From Octopus sinensis (taxonomy: Eukaryota): a stretch of DNA of 64,000 bases. The notes beneath the pieces were generated by a model. That model was not told the origin of the DNA. It saw nothing but the letters and a program-made list of their open reading frames with translations, and did no database searches. Below are positions 14,093 through 26,966 of the stretch, one piece after another. Position 1 is the first letter of the stretch; each line of letters starts with the position of its first letter. The stretch lies in contig NC_043010.1 in assembly GCF_006345805.1 (NCBI RefSeq), positions 22,568,001-22,632,000 of the forward strand, written 5' to 3'. Both the position numbers and the translations under genes were made by a program.

Positions 14093-14580
14093 CTACCACC
14101 ACCACCACTACCGACACTACTACTACTACTACTATTACTATTATTACTACTACTACTACTATTAATAATAATAATGATAATAATTTTACTATTACTACTG
14201 CTAATAATAATAATGATAAGAAGAAAAAGAAGAAGAAGAAGAAGAAGAAGAAGAAGAAGACGAAGACGAGGAAGACGAAGAAGAATAAAGAAGAAGAAGA
14301 AAAGAAAGAGCAAGAAGAAGAAGAAGAAGAAGAAGAAGAAGAAGAAGAAGAAGAAGAAGAAGAAGAAGAAGACGAAGAAGAAGAAGAAGAAGAAGAAGGA
14401 GAAGAAGAAGAAGAAGAAGATCGGCAGCAAGCAATTCTACCACCTAAGCTTTCACAACAATCATCGTCATCATCATTACTACCACAATACCATCTCCAGC
14501 ATCGCCAACAATTTTAACTACTACTACTGCTGCTGCTGCTGCTGCTACTACCACCATCACTACTACTGCTACTACTGCAA
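14093..14580. repeat. Compound triplet microsatellites (ACC/ACT/AAT/GAA/CTG)
   Basis: Directly visible. Confidence 0.95.
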
Positions 14581-14960
14581 GCTTTTATGAAATAATACGC
14601 CATTGACAAATAGGAGAGATGCTAAGATATAATTTAGTTAAATGTTCAGATAGGAGAAAGTGAAGGAGAAAAGGAGAGCGATGAGGAGGAGGTGGATGAG
14701 GAAGGGAAGGGGAGGGGTGGAGAAGAAAAGCGGTGACAATTGAAGAGAGAGAGGTGGGTAGAAGGATAAATACAAATAGAGGGAGAGAAAAGGGGAGGAG
14801 GGAAGTGGAAATAGAGAAAGAGACAATGAAGTTACAAGTAATACAAAGTGAACATTACCTTGTTATGTTAAGATGTATGGAGGTACACATACATACATAC
14901 ATGAATATATACATATATATACTACATAAATAGATGTATATATATATATATTATATATAA

Positions 14961-15011
<51 letters not shown>

Positions 15012-15226
15012 TATGTATATATAATATATATATATATATACATGTGTATATGTATATATATATAAATGTATATATATATAATACATATGTATATATATAT
15101 ATAATTAATTAATAAGGGTGAGAGAATTAGATACTAATTAATAGTATATCTATTCAACACCAAGTGGCCTAGTGCTCCGAGAAACCTGGATTATTATAAT
15201 ATTTATAACATATTATATATTTTTAC

Positions 15227-15697
15227 AAAATAAATATAAGAGAGTGGTCACTATATGGCTCACTCTAGCACCAGTTAATCCAAAAGGTTTCAACCACGAA
15301 AATACATGTTTCCCATGAAAGTCAGTACGATTGTTAGCTCACACGGACAGGGCAAATAAAAAATAACAAAAATACAGATTATTTTGGGACAATTGTTTCG
15401 CTATTAATGAATTAAATGTAATTTTACTTACAAAAAAAATCCATTTGTAGCTCGTCAGCCATTTGGCTGACGAGCTACAAATGGATTTTTTTTGTAAGTA
15501 AAATTACATTTAATTCATTAATAGCGAAACAATTGTCCCAAAATAATCTGTATTTTTGTTATTTTTATTTGCCCTGTCCGTGTGAGCTAACAATCGTACT
15601 GACTTTCATGGGAAACATGTATTTTCGTGGTTGAAACCTTTTGGATTAACTGGTGCTAGAGTGAGCCATATAGTGACCACTCTCTTATATTTATTTT
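15227..15697. repeat. Near-perfect palindrome (~235-bp arms, 2-nt centre), Penelope pLTR-like fold-back
   Basis: Arms are reverse complementary with one homopolymer indel; centre CAGCCA-TT-TGGCTG at 15456-15469; flanked by (TA)n. Confidence 0.95.
15462..15542 (+). ncRNA. Type I hammerhead ribozyme motif
   Basis: UUUGG-CUGACGA-GCUA..(44 nt)..UAGC-GAAA-C-AAUU-G-UC/CCAAA: intact core, helix I UUUGG/CCAAA, helix II GCUA/UAGC, palindromic helix III; predicted cut after C15537. Confidence 0.75.
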
Positions 15698-15719
15698 ATA
15701 TTATATATATATATATATA

Positions 15720-16052
15720 TTCTTTTATTTGTTTCAGTCATTTGACTGCGGTCATGCTGGAGCACCGCCTTTAGTCGAACAAATCGACCCCAGGACTTAT
15801 TGTTTGTAAGCCTAGTACTTATGCCATCGTTCACTTTTGACGAACGTCTAAGTTACAGGGACGTAAACACGCTAACATCGGTTGTCAAGCGATGGTGGAG
15901 AGACAAACACAGATACATAAACACACACACACACACACACACATAGACACATAAACTCACACACACACATACACTCATATATACGCCGGGCTTCTATCAG
16001 TTTCCGTCTACCAAATCCAGTCACAAAGCTTTGGTCGACTCGAAGCTATAGT
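15720..16052 (-). mobile_element. SINE family A, 5'-truncated
   Basis: Collinear with the other copies. Confidence 0.9.
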
Positions 16053-16499
16053 ATTTATATATATGTATATATATAAATATATCAGTACACATTACACATA
16101 CATACACGCAAACATTTCATATATATCTAAGTATATTTGTATGTATGCATGCATTTATGAAAGTATATTTGTCTGTCTGTATGTCTGTCTGTCTGTACGT
16201 CTGTCTGTCTGTATGTCTGATTGTCTGTCAGTCTGCCTGTCTGTATGTATGTAAAATTGGCCGGTTTCACTCATTGGACTGCGGCCTTGCTGAGTCACCG
16301 TATTGATAGTTGTTACTCGAGCGATTTGACTCCAGAACTTAATATAGAAGAAACCTGTTATTTATTTGTTTTATCGGTATTTGATGGTAGGTTTCGGGGA
16401 CGTAAATAAACCAAAACCTGTTGTCATGTGGTAGTGGTGGTGGAGGTGGTGACAAAAGCAAACGCAAACACACTCATAGATACAAACATACAAATATAT

Positions 16500-16894
16500 A
16501 TTCTTTTATTCTTTTATTTGCTTCACTTATTTGACTGCGGCCATGCTGGAGCACCGCCTTTAGTCGAAAAAAATCTTCCCCAGAACTCATTCTTTGAAAG
16601 CCTACTACTTACTTTATCTTTCTCTTTGGCCGAACCGCTAAGTTACGAAGACGTAAACGCACCAGCATCGGTTGTCAAGCGATAGGTAGGGGGGACAAAC
16701 AGACAGACAAACAAGTAGATATATACATATACACATATACGACGGGCTTCTTTCAGTTTCCGTTTACCAAATCTACTCAGAAAGCTTTGGTCGGCCAGGG
16801 CTATAGTAAAGATACTTGTTCAAGGCCACGCAGGGGTACTGAACCTGGTACCATGTGGTTGGTAAGCAAGCGACTTACCACACAACCATATATG

Positions 16895-16928
<34 letters not shown>

Positions 16929-17090
16929 CGACAAGCTTCTTTCAGTTTCCGTCTACCAAATCCACTTACAAGGCCTTATTCGGCCCGAGACTATAATAGA
17001 AGACACTTACTCAAGGTGCCACGCAGTGGAACTGAACCCAGGTCCAGGTGGTTCGGAAGCAAGCTTCTTATCGCACAGCCACGGGCTTAA
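16500..17090 (-). mobile_element. SINE family A with an extra 5' half
   Basis: 3' half at 16500-16710; 5' halves at 16735-16890 and 16925-17087. Confidence 0.85.
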
Positions 17091-17159
17091 CAACTGTCGT
17101 CAGCATCCCAGCATTTCCAACGGCATTAATTTTAAGACCCTGTGAAAAGTTGTGAGTTA

Positions 17160-17870
17160 GCATGACATGACCCTCTCTGGTCACCACTCCTAAAGTATTC
17201 ACAGTTGCTGGAAACTTACTGTGCATCACTCTACTGACATCAGAAGGATCTGCACTTAACCGTCTGTCTTTTGGTGTTGGTCAAAGATTTTCTCGTCAGA
17301 GAAGAACCAACGCATGCCATGTGCATGAGGAAGTTTAACTTTGTGAAGGAACCTCTCGACTCGGATTAAACGGATTACCCGTGGCTTTGCAGACATGAAT
17401 TGACCTCATCTCAGTACACACGACTTCTATCGAATACCCTTATACCCCAAAATTCTGATGACCCACCCTCACACCTAAAGTTCTTTGGTGATGGCTCTCA
17501 GTGAGTTTCCGGGCTGCCTTCAATAATACTTTGAACATGTTGTATTAATTGCAGTGTCTTCATAGTGTCCGAAACTTTAGAATTTAGAATTTAGAATTTA
17601 GAATTTTTTTCCTTTTGATGAAATGGAAACATATCCTCCAGAGGTTTCCCATTGCGTCCGAACTTTTTGTCCAATAGGTCTTGCTACATTTAGAAAGTTG
17701 GTCATTTCAAAATCGCTGTGTTCCGCTCTCTTGGCAAAAATGACACCATTTTTGCAGTTCTTGTGGCAGCATTTTATCTGCTTAGGGGGATCCCAAACAA
17801 ACAAAAGCCGTTTAATTGGTTTAAAAGAAGAATATACTGCTAATTGTCCTGAAATACCTATCGGACCTCG
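17160..17870 (-). mobile_element. Tc1/mariner-superfamily (maT/DD37D-like) 5' fragment
   Basis: Minus strand GMRWFFSDEKI near 17290-17320 (first catalytic Asp motif); TA-CGAGG terminus at about 17870. Confidence 0.55.
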
Positions 17871-17919
17871 TATGTATGTATGTATGTATATATATATTTA
17901 TATAGGTAGATAGATAGAT

Positions 17920-17952
<33 letters not shown>

Positions 17953-18006
17953 TAGATAGATAGAGGTTAATGTGTGCTTTATACATGCATACATACATAT
18001 ATAATA

Positions 18007-18055
<49 letters not shown>

Positions 18056-18519
18056 CTCATTCTGATAAGAAGTACGTACATATACACGCATAAACTCACA
18101 TATATAGACAAATGTGAATACGTGTATGAATAAACCTTTATATTCACTGGCATTTGTATGGAATGTGCATGTTATTGCGTGCCTGCATGCATCTGCTTTC
18201 GTATGTATTCCCGTGCGTATACATTGTATGGAAGTTTCAGCACTGTAGCATCTATACGTATACATGCGTGCGTGTGCATTAGAACTGCGTCATGTATGCA
18301 CGCATGAGGCGTGTAGTATTTATACGACTGAGGGTTTATTCCTTGAGATATATATGCATGTGGGCTTGCGTGTATATGCACACCAAAAGTACATTTTGCC
18401 AACGACAAAATAAATCTGTCGCAGACTAAAACCGAAATGACGTAGAGAGGTTCCTGACCAAAAATATTGAGGTCGTACAGTATATGTCCATCAAGATAAT
18501 GGCCCATTAATGTTATTTC

Positions 18520-19175
18520 TAAGTACGTAAGATGGGATGAAGGTCAGGTAAATGAATTCTTGAAGCAGGTAAAGTGCGTAAGATCGAGTGTTTTATGTTG
18601 AAAACATAATATTGACAATGCAAAGCTAAAGATGTAAGGTTGATTGGAATATGTGGCAGAATATGAAGTGTTAAAGCGGTAAGATTATTCAAATGTATGC
18701 TTGCCAAATGAAGGATGAAAAAAGTGAGGTTGAAAACGTAAGAGTGGAAGCATGAAGTTAAGATCTTTGGGTAGAAAATGGAGTGGGAAACATGTACGGT
18801 TGTAAAAACGCGGGGTTTAAAACCTAAGGTTGAAAATATGAAAGGGAAAATATAAAATTGAAACATTAATTTTGGTAACATAAAACTACAGCAGTATGAC
18901 AAAAGCGCTGAAAAGGCAAAGGCGAAAAAGGTGTTGGATTAAAAAACGTCAGGTTAGAAATGTAAAGGTGAGAGTAAAAAGTTCAGAGTGCCATGTTAAA
19001 AGCGTAAAATTTAAGTTATAACGCCGAGACAGTAACATTTAAAAAATGCAAGATTGGAACGGGGGAATTTAAAACGTAAAATTGATAAACTAACGTTCGA
19101 GAAGTAAAGATGAAACTAATATTAAAAACGTGGAATTGAAAATGGAACGTTGAAAATGTAAAATTGAAAATGTCA
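18520..19175. repeat. Degenerate 13-14 bp minisatellite (consensus about TTGAAAAYGTAARR)
   Basis: For example TTAAAAACGTGGAA TTGAAAATGGAACG TTGAAAATGTAAAA TTGAAAATGT at about 19122-19173. Confidence 0.7.
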
Positions 19176-19844
19176 TGGAGGGAGAGTAAGATTAAGGACC
19201 AATGGATGAGAATGTTACATTAACAAAATGTAAGCAAACATGAAAATGGAAACATTGTGTTAACAATGAGGCCGGAAGAAGCGAAGATAGTCACACACAA
19301 TAACTTGTAAATCATAACCAAGCTTGTATGTATGTTTGTGTGTGTGTGTGTGTCGCTCGAGGTGCATCTTGACTGATATGATGCCCTAAGTTCGATCCCA
19401 CTGGGTTCCATTTTAGGCTTTTATTTATTTTTTTCTAGCACAGAGTCGAATCGGCCAAAGTTTTGTGAATAAAACTGAATAGAGATGGAAACCACTGAAT
19501 CCCATACAAACATTCAACCCTCTTTCTTTTATCTCCTCTCTCTCTTTCTCTTTCCCTCACCCTCTCTCACACACACATTGTTTCACGTTGATTCCTTCAG
19601 TGAATTTACATTAATTATGTGAGGAATATTCAGCCAGGTGCACTATAATTCAAGGTCATTTTATTGTCATTTTATCGCAAAGATTTGAACGAAAATGCCA
19701 TTGAAAGAAAGAAGCTGTCCGAATAAAGTTGATCGAATCAACAATTAATCGAATTACAAGCAAATATTCGAAATATGGAAAAATGTTTAAAGTGACGTTT
19801 TGTCATGTTTTGATCTTTTATCTTACATCTTTAGTCTTTAATAT

Positions 19845-20382
19845 CTTTCATTCATTAGACTGCGGCCAAGCTGGGGTACCGCCTTAAAGAATTTTTAGTC
19901 GAATGAAGCGATCCGCGTGCTTATATTCTTAAGTCTAGTATTTATTCTATCATTCCCTTTTGCTGAACCACTAAGTTGCGGGAACATAAACACGCCTACA
20001 CTGATTGTCAGTGGTGGTGTTGGTGGTGGTGTTAACGGGAAGCAAACACAGACACACACACACATACACACACGCATTTATACACGACGATCTTCTTTCA
20101 GTTTCCGTCCACCAAATCCACTCATAACCCTTTGGTCGCCCCGAGGCTTTAGTAGAAGACACTTGCCCAAGCGTCAAACTGTGGGAGTGAACTCGGAACC
20201 ATGTGGTTGGGAGGCAAACTTTCACACACAAATATATGTACGAAGAGCTTCACTTCATTTTCCGTCTACCAAATCCAGTGACAAGGCTTTAATTGGTTCT
20301 GGGTCCATGGTACAAGACAGAGGCCAGAGGTGCCGTGCAGTGGCAAACAAGTTTCATTAGCACACAGCCGCGCCTGCGCCTA
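19845..20382 (-). mobile_element. SINE family A with an extra 5' half
   Basis: Collinear with family A; second head segment at 20240-20382. Confidence 0.8.
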
Positions 20383-20857
20383 TAGAGGACATCTTTAATC
20401 AGATGTAACAATGTAATCTTAAAACGAAATCGTTTGAATAGCTGCTATAAGTCAATTAATTGTTGATTCGATCAACTGCTACTTCGCTCAATTGGTTTCT
20501 TTTTTTTTATTTTATTGAGTAACAATTTTCGATAAATTGTGTTTCGATCAAATGCTTGTGTTTCGATCAAATGCCCGCACACCATAATTCAACTAATCAA
20601 ACAAGTGCAATATTATTCCTCATCAACACAGACGGAGATCCCGGTTATCACTCCTGTCTTATCACTGTTGTGTGCGCGCGTCTGCATGCAGGTGCCTATG
20701 TATGCTGGCACGTGAATATGCATGCCCTACTTCTTGAGGTAATGTATGTGTGTGTGTGTGTGTGTATGTGTGTATATGTATGTGCGTGTATATATATATG
20801 TGTGTGCTCGTATATGTATGAGTTACCTGAGTGTGTGTGGTTTTGTTTATGCATGTA

Positions 20858-21725
20858 CGAGGACTGATCAATAAGTATCCGGACTGTTGCTATAGTAGCG
20901 AAGCTAATACACACAGAGTGAAACCGCTCGGCACAGATTGACATTGAACTCTGCTGCGCATCCGCATAAAGTTTTAACGATCTAGCTCACTTCTACTGTT
21001 TACAGTGCTTGGAAGGTACGTCTGTAGCGTGTGGTCATCGCATTGACCATGACAGAGAAAGCTGAGCACAGAATCTGCATAAAATTTTGCTAAAAGCTTG
21101 GCGATACCTTCTCAGGGGCCTACGCAAAGTTTTCAAAAGGTTTTCATCGTTAAGATTTTGTGCAACTGAAACCCGAGTGTCTTTTTAGTCAGCTAAAAGC
21201 AGTTTTGGCACAAACTTGGCAGACACATGTCTCATACCCAAATCTTCAGTGATAATGGACTGAACTGAACCATTGCTAATCTGCACAATCTCTAACTCAC
21301 AGATGGTGATTCAACGATATCCTCTCACATCTGTATGCTCATCAGCAATGATTTTTTTTCTCTGCTGGTTGCGGGTCTCCCAGAACGTTGGTTAATATTG
21401 ACATTTTTTCGGTTATCTTGGAAATGTCTGAACTACTCGTACACTTGTGTGTGGTTAATACACTTTCTGCAACTTTGCGTAGGCCTCTTAGCAGGTATCA
21501 CCTTCTTACTCTATCATATCAATGGGACGATCACACGCTACACACCTTCCTTCCAAGCAGTGCTTGGAAGTGAGTTAAAACGTTAAAACTTAGTGTTCTA
21601 GCATGTTAAAACTTAGTGCGCATGCAAAACAGAAATCAAGGTCAACCTGAGCCAAGCGGCTTTACTCTGCGTGGTTTAGCTTCGTCACCATGGCAACAAT
21701 TCCGATACTTAATCATTAAACCTCG
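20858..21725. mobile_element. Mariner derivative built from two inverted 5' ends
   Basis: TA-flanked TIRs CGAGGACTGATCAATAAGTATCCGGA / TCCGATACTTAATCATTAAACCTCG; transposase N-terminus on + (MTEKAEHRICIKFC) and on - (to VSAKFVPKLL). Confidence 0.8.
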
Positions 21726-22055
21726 TATGTATGCCTTTAGGCATGTGACAAGGTCTGCAATAATTTCGCTGACCTTATACCTGTCTGAGTAAATCTGTGT
21801 GTGTGCGTGTGCGCGCATCGTTTTGTTCTACGTGTCTATATATATATGTGTGTGTGTGTGCAAACATGTGTATGTGTTATTTATGTATTTTTAATGTAGC
21901 TGTTTGCATTTCCATCTCTTCTTTATATATGCACGTGTTTACAATGTATGATAGTCGTGTGTGTGTGTGTATTTGTACATGCATGATTATGCATTTTTAT
22001 GTATACCTAACATGTTCGCATCTTGCGTGCGTGTGCATGCGTGGGAAGATGTATC

Positions 22056-22088
<33 letters not shown>

Positions 22089-22195
22089 GTGTGTGTGTGT
22101 GTGTGTGTATTCATGCACGCCTGTACGAATGTATGTTTATATGTTCCCCTAATTCTGTACCTGTGTATATCTGTATGCTTATGTATGTACCTAAA

Positions 22196-22234
<39 letters not shown>

Positions 22235-22499
22235 TGTATGCATGTGTGTGCATGTGTGTGTTCGTGTGTGTGTGTGTGTGTGTACATCTATGTGTGAGAG
22301 ACAGATTAGATGGCGGACAGAGATAATTTAGATGTCAGGTTGACAATTGTGTCTTGTCGGCTGTATTTGATGGCGGTGGCGGCGTGGTAGGATGGAGGCA
22401 ATTTAGGTGTCAGGATGACAGAGGATCTGGTAGATCGAGTGGCAGGGATGGGGAGGGAACTAGAGGGTAGTGGTTGCGAGAATATAGTGAAGTGTGTGT

Positions 22500-22559
<60 letters not shown>

Positions 22560-22641
22560 ACGGTATGAATAAATAAAATGCAGTCGAGGTTCATTGCGTG
22601 GTAAACAGACACAGACAGATATATATATATATATATATATA

Positions 22642-22806
<165 letters not shown>

Positions 22807-22849
22807 ACAGTCTGAGAGAACATAGAATTTCATTTCAAATTATTTCAGT

Positions 22850-22960
22850 CCACTCAGCTGGCAAAAGTGAGTTAACCCTGCGACAGACTGGCGTTCCATC
22901 CAGGTGGGGAGTTTATATGCCATGGAAACCGACCCTTATGGGTCTGCATGACTCGAGAGA
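22850..22960 (+). mobile_element. SINE family C 3' fragment
   Basis: GTTAACCCTGCGACAGACTGGCGTTCCATCCAGGTGGGG (V-domain-like). Confidence 0.65.
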
Positions 22961-23189
22961 TGGTAACTTTTTAACACGTTATACAATGTTTGTTCTTTCG
23001 CAAGGCGCCATGGTTTAATGTGAGACTAATTTGGTTGCTATTTTTAACTGGCTGAATGAACACGCAGAGACTCCTTCGTTGTTTTTGCAAGCACCTAAAG
23101 AAATTATAGAAAATTTAAAGAATCTACAGGATTTCCATCTTCTCCTCTCGCAATTCTTGGAAGGGTAATTTCGGTAGGGTTCCCAGACG

Positions 23190-23690
23190 TCACTTCCATA
23201 GCGTCCTCAGAAGCAACTCTCATGAAACTTGTCGGTTGCATTCCAAAGAGTGACCAACTGAAATCTCTTTCATGGCTTACATTTAGGTTTCCTGCTGGTT
23301 GGTTCGACTCGAAGAATCCGTCTTGTGAACCTTTCCTGCAACATTCTAATCCCATTTTCGGAATACCAGACTTGACACTCCTCAGCGGAGAAGCTGCGGC
23401 TCAACTTCGACAAATTCCCGATCTCCGGGTCACGGAAACACTTTAGAAAAACCCCGTCTCAGTCGCTTGTATCCCTGCTCTTATTCTTACGGTCATTACC
23501 CAACATTCTGCACCATAGGGGAGGATGGGCACAAAAACCGAACTGAAGATAGCGAGCTTGACTTTTTCTATCCCTTCCTTTTGAGGATCGAATGCTCGAG
23601 TCGGGGCATAACTAAACCAGTAACCAATTCAACCTCCAGCTACCCATCACTTGGGAATATGGCTCCGAGTTACTTAAACTTCTCCCATTA
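23190..23690 (-). pseudogene. RTE-clade LINE reverse transcriptase C-terminal fragment
   Basis: Minus-strand translations KFK*LGAIFPSDG (FKYLG motif) and PILPYGAECWVMTVRIRAGIQATE. Confidence 0.7.
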
Positions 23691-23986
23691 TCATAAAAGA
23701 AATCTACTTCCAAGATTATGCTTATCTCTAATCTAGGATTATATTATATCAACCTGTAGTCGTTATAAGAATAGCTGATAAAAGAAATTATTGGTTAGTT
23801 GGTTGGTTGGCTGAATTCCCCAGTCACGCTTAGAATCATATAGAGAGAAAAAGGGGCTGGAATAAACATAAGGGAAGTAGTCTGAGCGCACATACTAGGC
23901 TTGGTGGTAGGCAATGTGTAAAGGAAGGTTTTATACGCATACACTCCGCGAGCGTGGGAGAACCTATCTATCTATCTAGCTAGCTA

Positions 23987-24051
<65 letters not shown>

Positions 24052-24054
24052 CTA

Positions 24055-24087
<33 letters not shown>

Positions 24088-24090
24088 TTG

Positions 24091-24150
<60 letters not shown>

Positions 24151-24159
24151 CCTATCTGT

Positions 24160-24780
24160 CACGTGTGGGACGAGTCCGCCTGTCGGTAGAGTCTATCGTG
24201 GCGATCGCTCCGCCGCCTTCCCTCGACCGGGAAGGCAAGGCAGTCTTCTTCGTACTGGTGGCCATGGTGAAAGAATGTGTATGGTGGACTCGAGCGAAAG
24301 GATTAGAAACAAACACTTACTTCTCTGGCCAATTGCTCATCAACTTTTTCATGTACCACTTGAAAAAGATGAGGATGGAGAAGCAGGTTTTGTCTTGTGA
24401 AAATTTCAAACAAAGTTGGGTGACTGTAGCAAGGATGGTGCGTGCGAGCGACAAAACCACTTTGAGCATGATCCTGTAAATCAAAAAAAGAGAGAGAAAG
24501 AGAGCACTTTGCTCCCATGTGTTTATTTCTTCCCTGTCTGAGGTTCCCGTGGTCTTTTCCGTAGGCTTTTCTTTTCACGGATAAACCAATTTTGCGTTTT
24601 ACATTTTTTAAATTCTTCTGATATACGATCCCTTTTGGTCGTTTTTTCTTTTTTCCCGATCCCTTTTGATTGGAATTTTACACACACACCCTTTCGTTTT
24701 CATTTTCGAAAAGAAGAGCTCTACATTTGTATTTGCCCTCTCTGTGTTCAGCCTTTTGTGGCTAATAAAGAAAGTTATAT
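24160..24780 (+). mobile_element. Tx1/L1-clade LINE 3' end
   Basis: ORF 24165-24479 (VFFVLVAMVKECVWWTRAKG..LINFFMYHLK..WV) is homologous to 48937-49425; 3' UTR ends with AATAAA. Confidence 0.75.
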
Positions 24781-24974
24781 ATTAGTCTATCTATCTATCT
24801 ATTTATCTATATATATATATCTTTCTATCTATCTATCTATGTGTGTGTGCGCGTGTGTAGATATACAGACAGATAGACTGACAAGCAGACAGACAGATAG
24901 ATAGATTATCTCAATCAGTGGACAAGTTTTATGTTACAACCACACTAATTTCTAGAAAAGTTTTTTTTTTTTTA

Positions 24975-25272
24975 TGCGCCCTTTTCAAGCCTAGCCTGGC
25001 TCATGGGCCCGGTTTCCCAATTTCTGTGACGTATGTGTTCCCCGCAGCTGGACGGGACGCCAGTCCATCGCAGCGTTACTCAAGAAACAAGAAGAGAGAG
25101 TGAGAAAAAAGTTGGGGCGAACGACTACAACAGGGGTCACCACCACCCCCTACGTCGAGCTTTTAGGTGTTTTTGCTCAATAAACACGCACAACACCCGG
25201 TCTGGGAATCGAAACCGCGAACCTCCGACCGCGAGTCCACTGCCCTAACCACTGGTCCATTGCGCTTCCACT
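24975..25272 (-). mobile_element. tRNA-derived SINE family C (V-domain-like), full length
   Basis: Minus head GGAAGCGCAATGGACCAGTGGTTAGG..GGTTTCGATTCCC; CTGCGATGGACTGGCGTCCCGTCCAG. Confidence 0.85.
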
Positions 25273-25456
25273 CTAAAAAATGTATTGCCATATTATTTGA
25301 AAACCTGAAATTAATTAAAATCGGTCAAATCAGTGAGAATCCAATCCGAGTCATCTCATTGTTGACGCTTTGGCATTTTACATCTCTCTCTTCGTCTGTC
25401 TGTCTCTCTATCCCTCGCTCCCTCCCCCTCTCGCTCTCCGTCTGTCAATCTGTCAG

Positions 25457-25539
<83 letters not shown>

Positions 25540-26269
25540 CAAACCCTTAATCTAGACACTCTGGTCATTTTATCGCCCTCACACAAGCTAAAATCGCCTC
25601 TGATCTTATTCATCTCCCTCAAGTGGAAATTGCGTGTTTTATTTTTGTTCATGTTTTATATGTTGTTCTCATATTTTAGGTGTTTTTCGTTTTACAGCCG
25701 CTGTCAAGAGTTGATTGCAAAATCATTTTACTTCCTTTTTCCGGTACTCATGTTGGCGATTTCCGACTAATTCAGAGTAAGAGCATGGGTCATAATTGGC
25801 CCTACGGTTAAGAAGTGTGTTTTGCAATCACGCCATTGTGCGTTCGGTCCCACTCTATTCACCTTTGAAATATATCTTCTTCCATGGTCCTCGGCGTCAC
25901 ACAGGCTTTAGAAGTTTGAAACCCAATATTTACTAGCTTTATGTGCTTCGAGATCCATTGTTACAATCAAGAATTATTTCCCGTTCTCGCGAAATTTTGT
26001 GAAATTATCAGGATTTTCCTTGGGGAAAATACTGTTCGACGGATTACTGAAACATAATATTTATCCCTTGCTGGATTTATACCACTACCATCACTACCAC
26101 GACCACCAATACCATCGCCACGACGACGACGACGACGACGACCACCACCACCACCACCACAACAACAACAACAATAACAACAACAACAACAATAACAACA
26201 ACGCTTAATTCCTGTGTCCGTTTTGCAGAGTTCTTAATAAGTAATCACTTTAAAAAGATCCCATAATCT

Positions 26270-26552
26270 CTGACAAGTGATATTCGTAGCCACTTCAACA
26301 TGGCTGTCCATTCGAGCGGACTCTACTGCGATTTTTTAACCCCAAATGGACATCTCCTCTAGCTGGTTAACGATGCACAGCTGCATCCCATAAAATTGCG
26401 AGCAGGGGAGCCAACCTGTCCCATCTTCTATCGGACGCAACTGTGCATCATTAACCAGCTAGAAGAGATGTCTTCTTGGGGTTAAAAATATCACAATAGA
26501 CCCTTTCGAACGGACAGCCATGTTAAAGTGGCTACGAATATTATTTGTTAGG
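26270..26552. mobile_element. Hairpin-type MITE (imperfect ~130-bp inverted arms)
   Basis: TATTCGTAGCCACTTCAACATGGCTGTCC / GGACAGCCATGTTAAAGTGGCTACGAATA and CTAGCTGGTTAA / TTAACCAGCTAG. Confidence 0.8.
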
Positions 26553-26666
26553 ACAACTAGTGCGTTGATTTCTTGGAGAGATTTTAGAACTAGCATTTCT
26601 GCTCCTATTGGTTCTGTTTTTAAGGAACCCTCATCTAGCTCTCACAGATTCTACTCACCGTATTTG

Positions 26667-26966
26667 TTTGTTCCTTCTCGAGCCACACCTGGCTCATAAG
26701 GGCCGGTTTCCCGGTTTCCTTGGTGTATCGGTTCCCCACCTGGAGTGGACACCGGTCCGTCGCAGTCAGCTGCTAGATGCATGAGGAAAGAGTGAGAGAA
26801 AGTTGTGGCGAAAGAGTCAGCAGACGTTCGCCATTACCTTCTGCCGGAGCTGCGTGGAGCTTAGGTGTTGCGCTCATAAACACACACATCGCGCGGTCTG
26901 AGATTCGAACCCGCGATCCCTCGACCGCGAGTCCACTGCTTTAACAACTAGGCTATGTACCTCCAC
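26667..26966 (-). mobile_element. tRNA-derived SINE family C, full length (second subfamily)
   Basis: Minus head ..TAGCCTAGTTGTTAAAGCAGTGGACTCGCGGTCGAGGGATCGCGGGTTCGAATCTC; homologous to 24975-25272. Confidence 0.85.
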
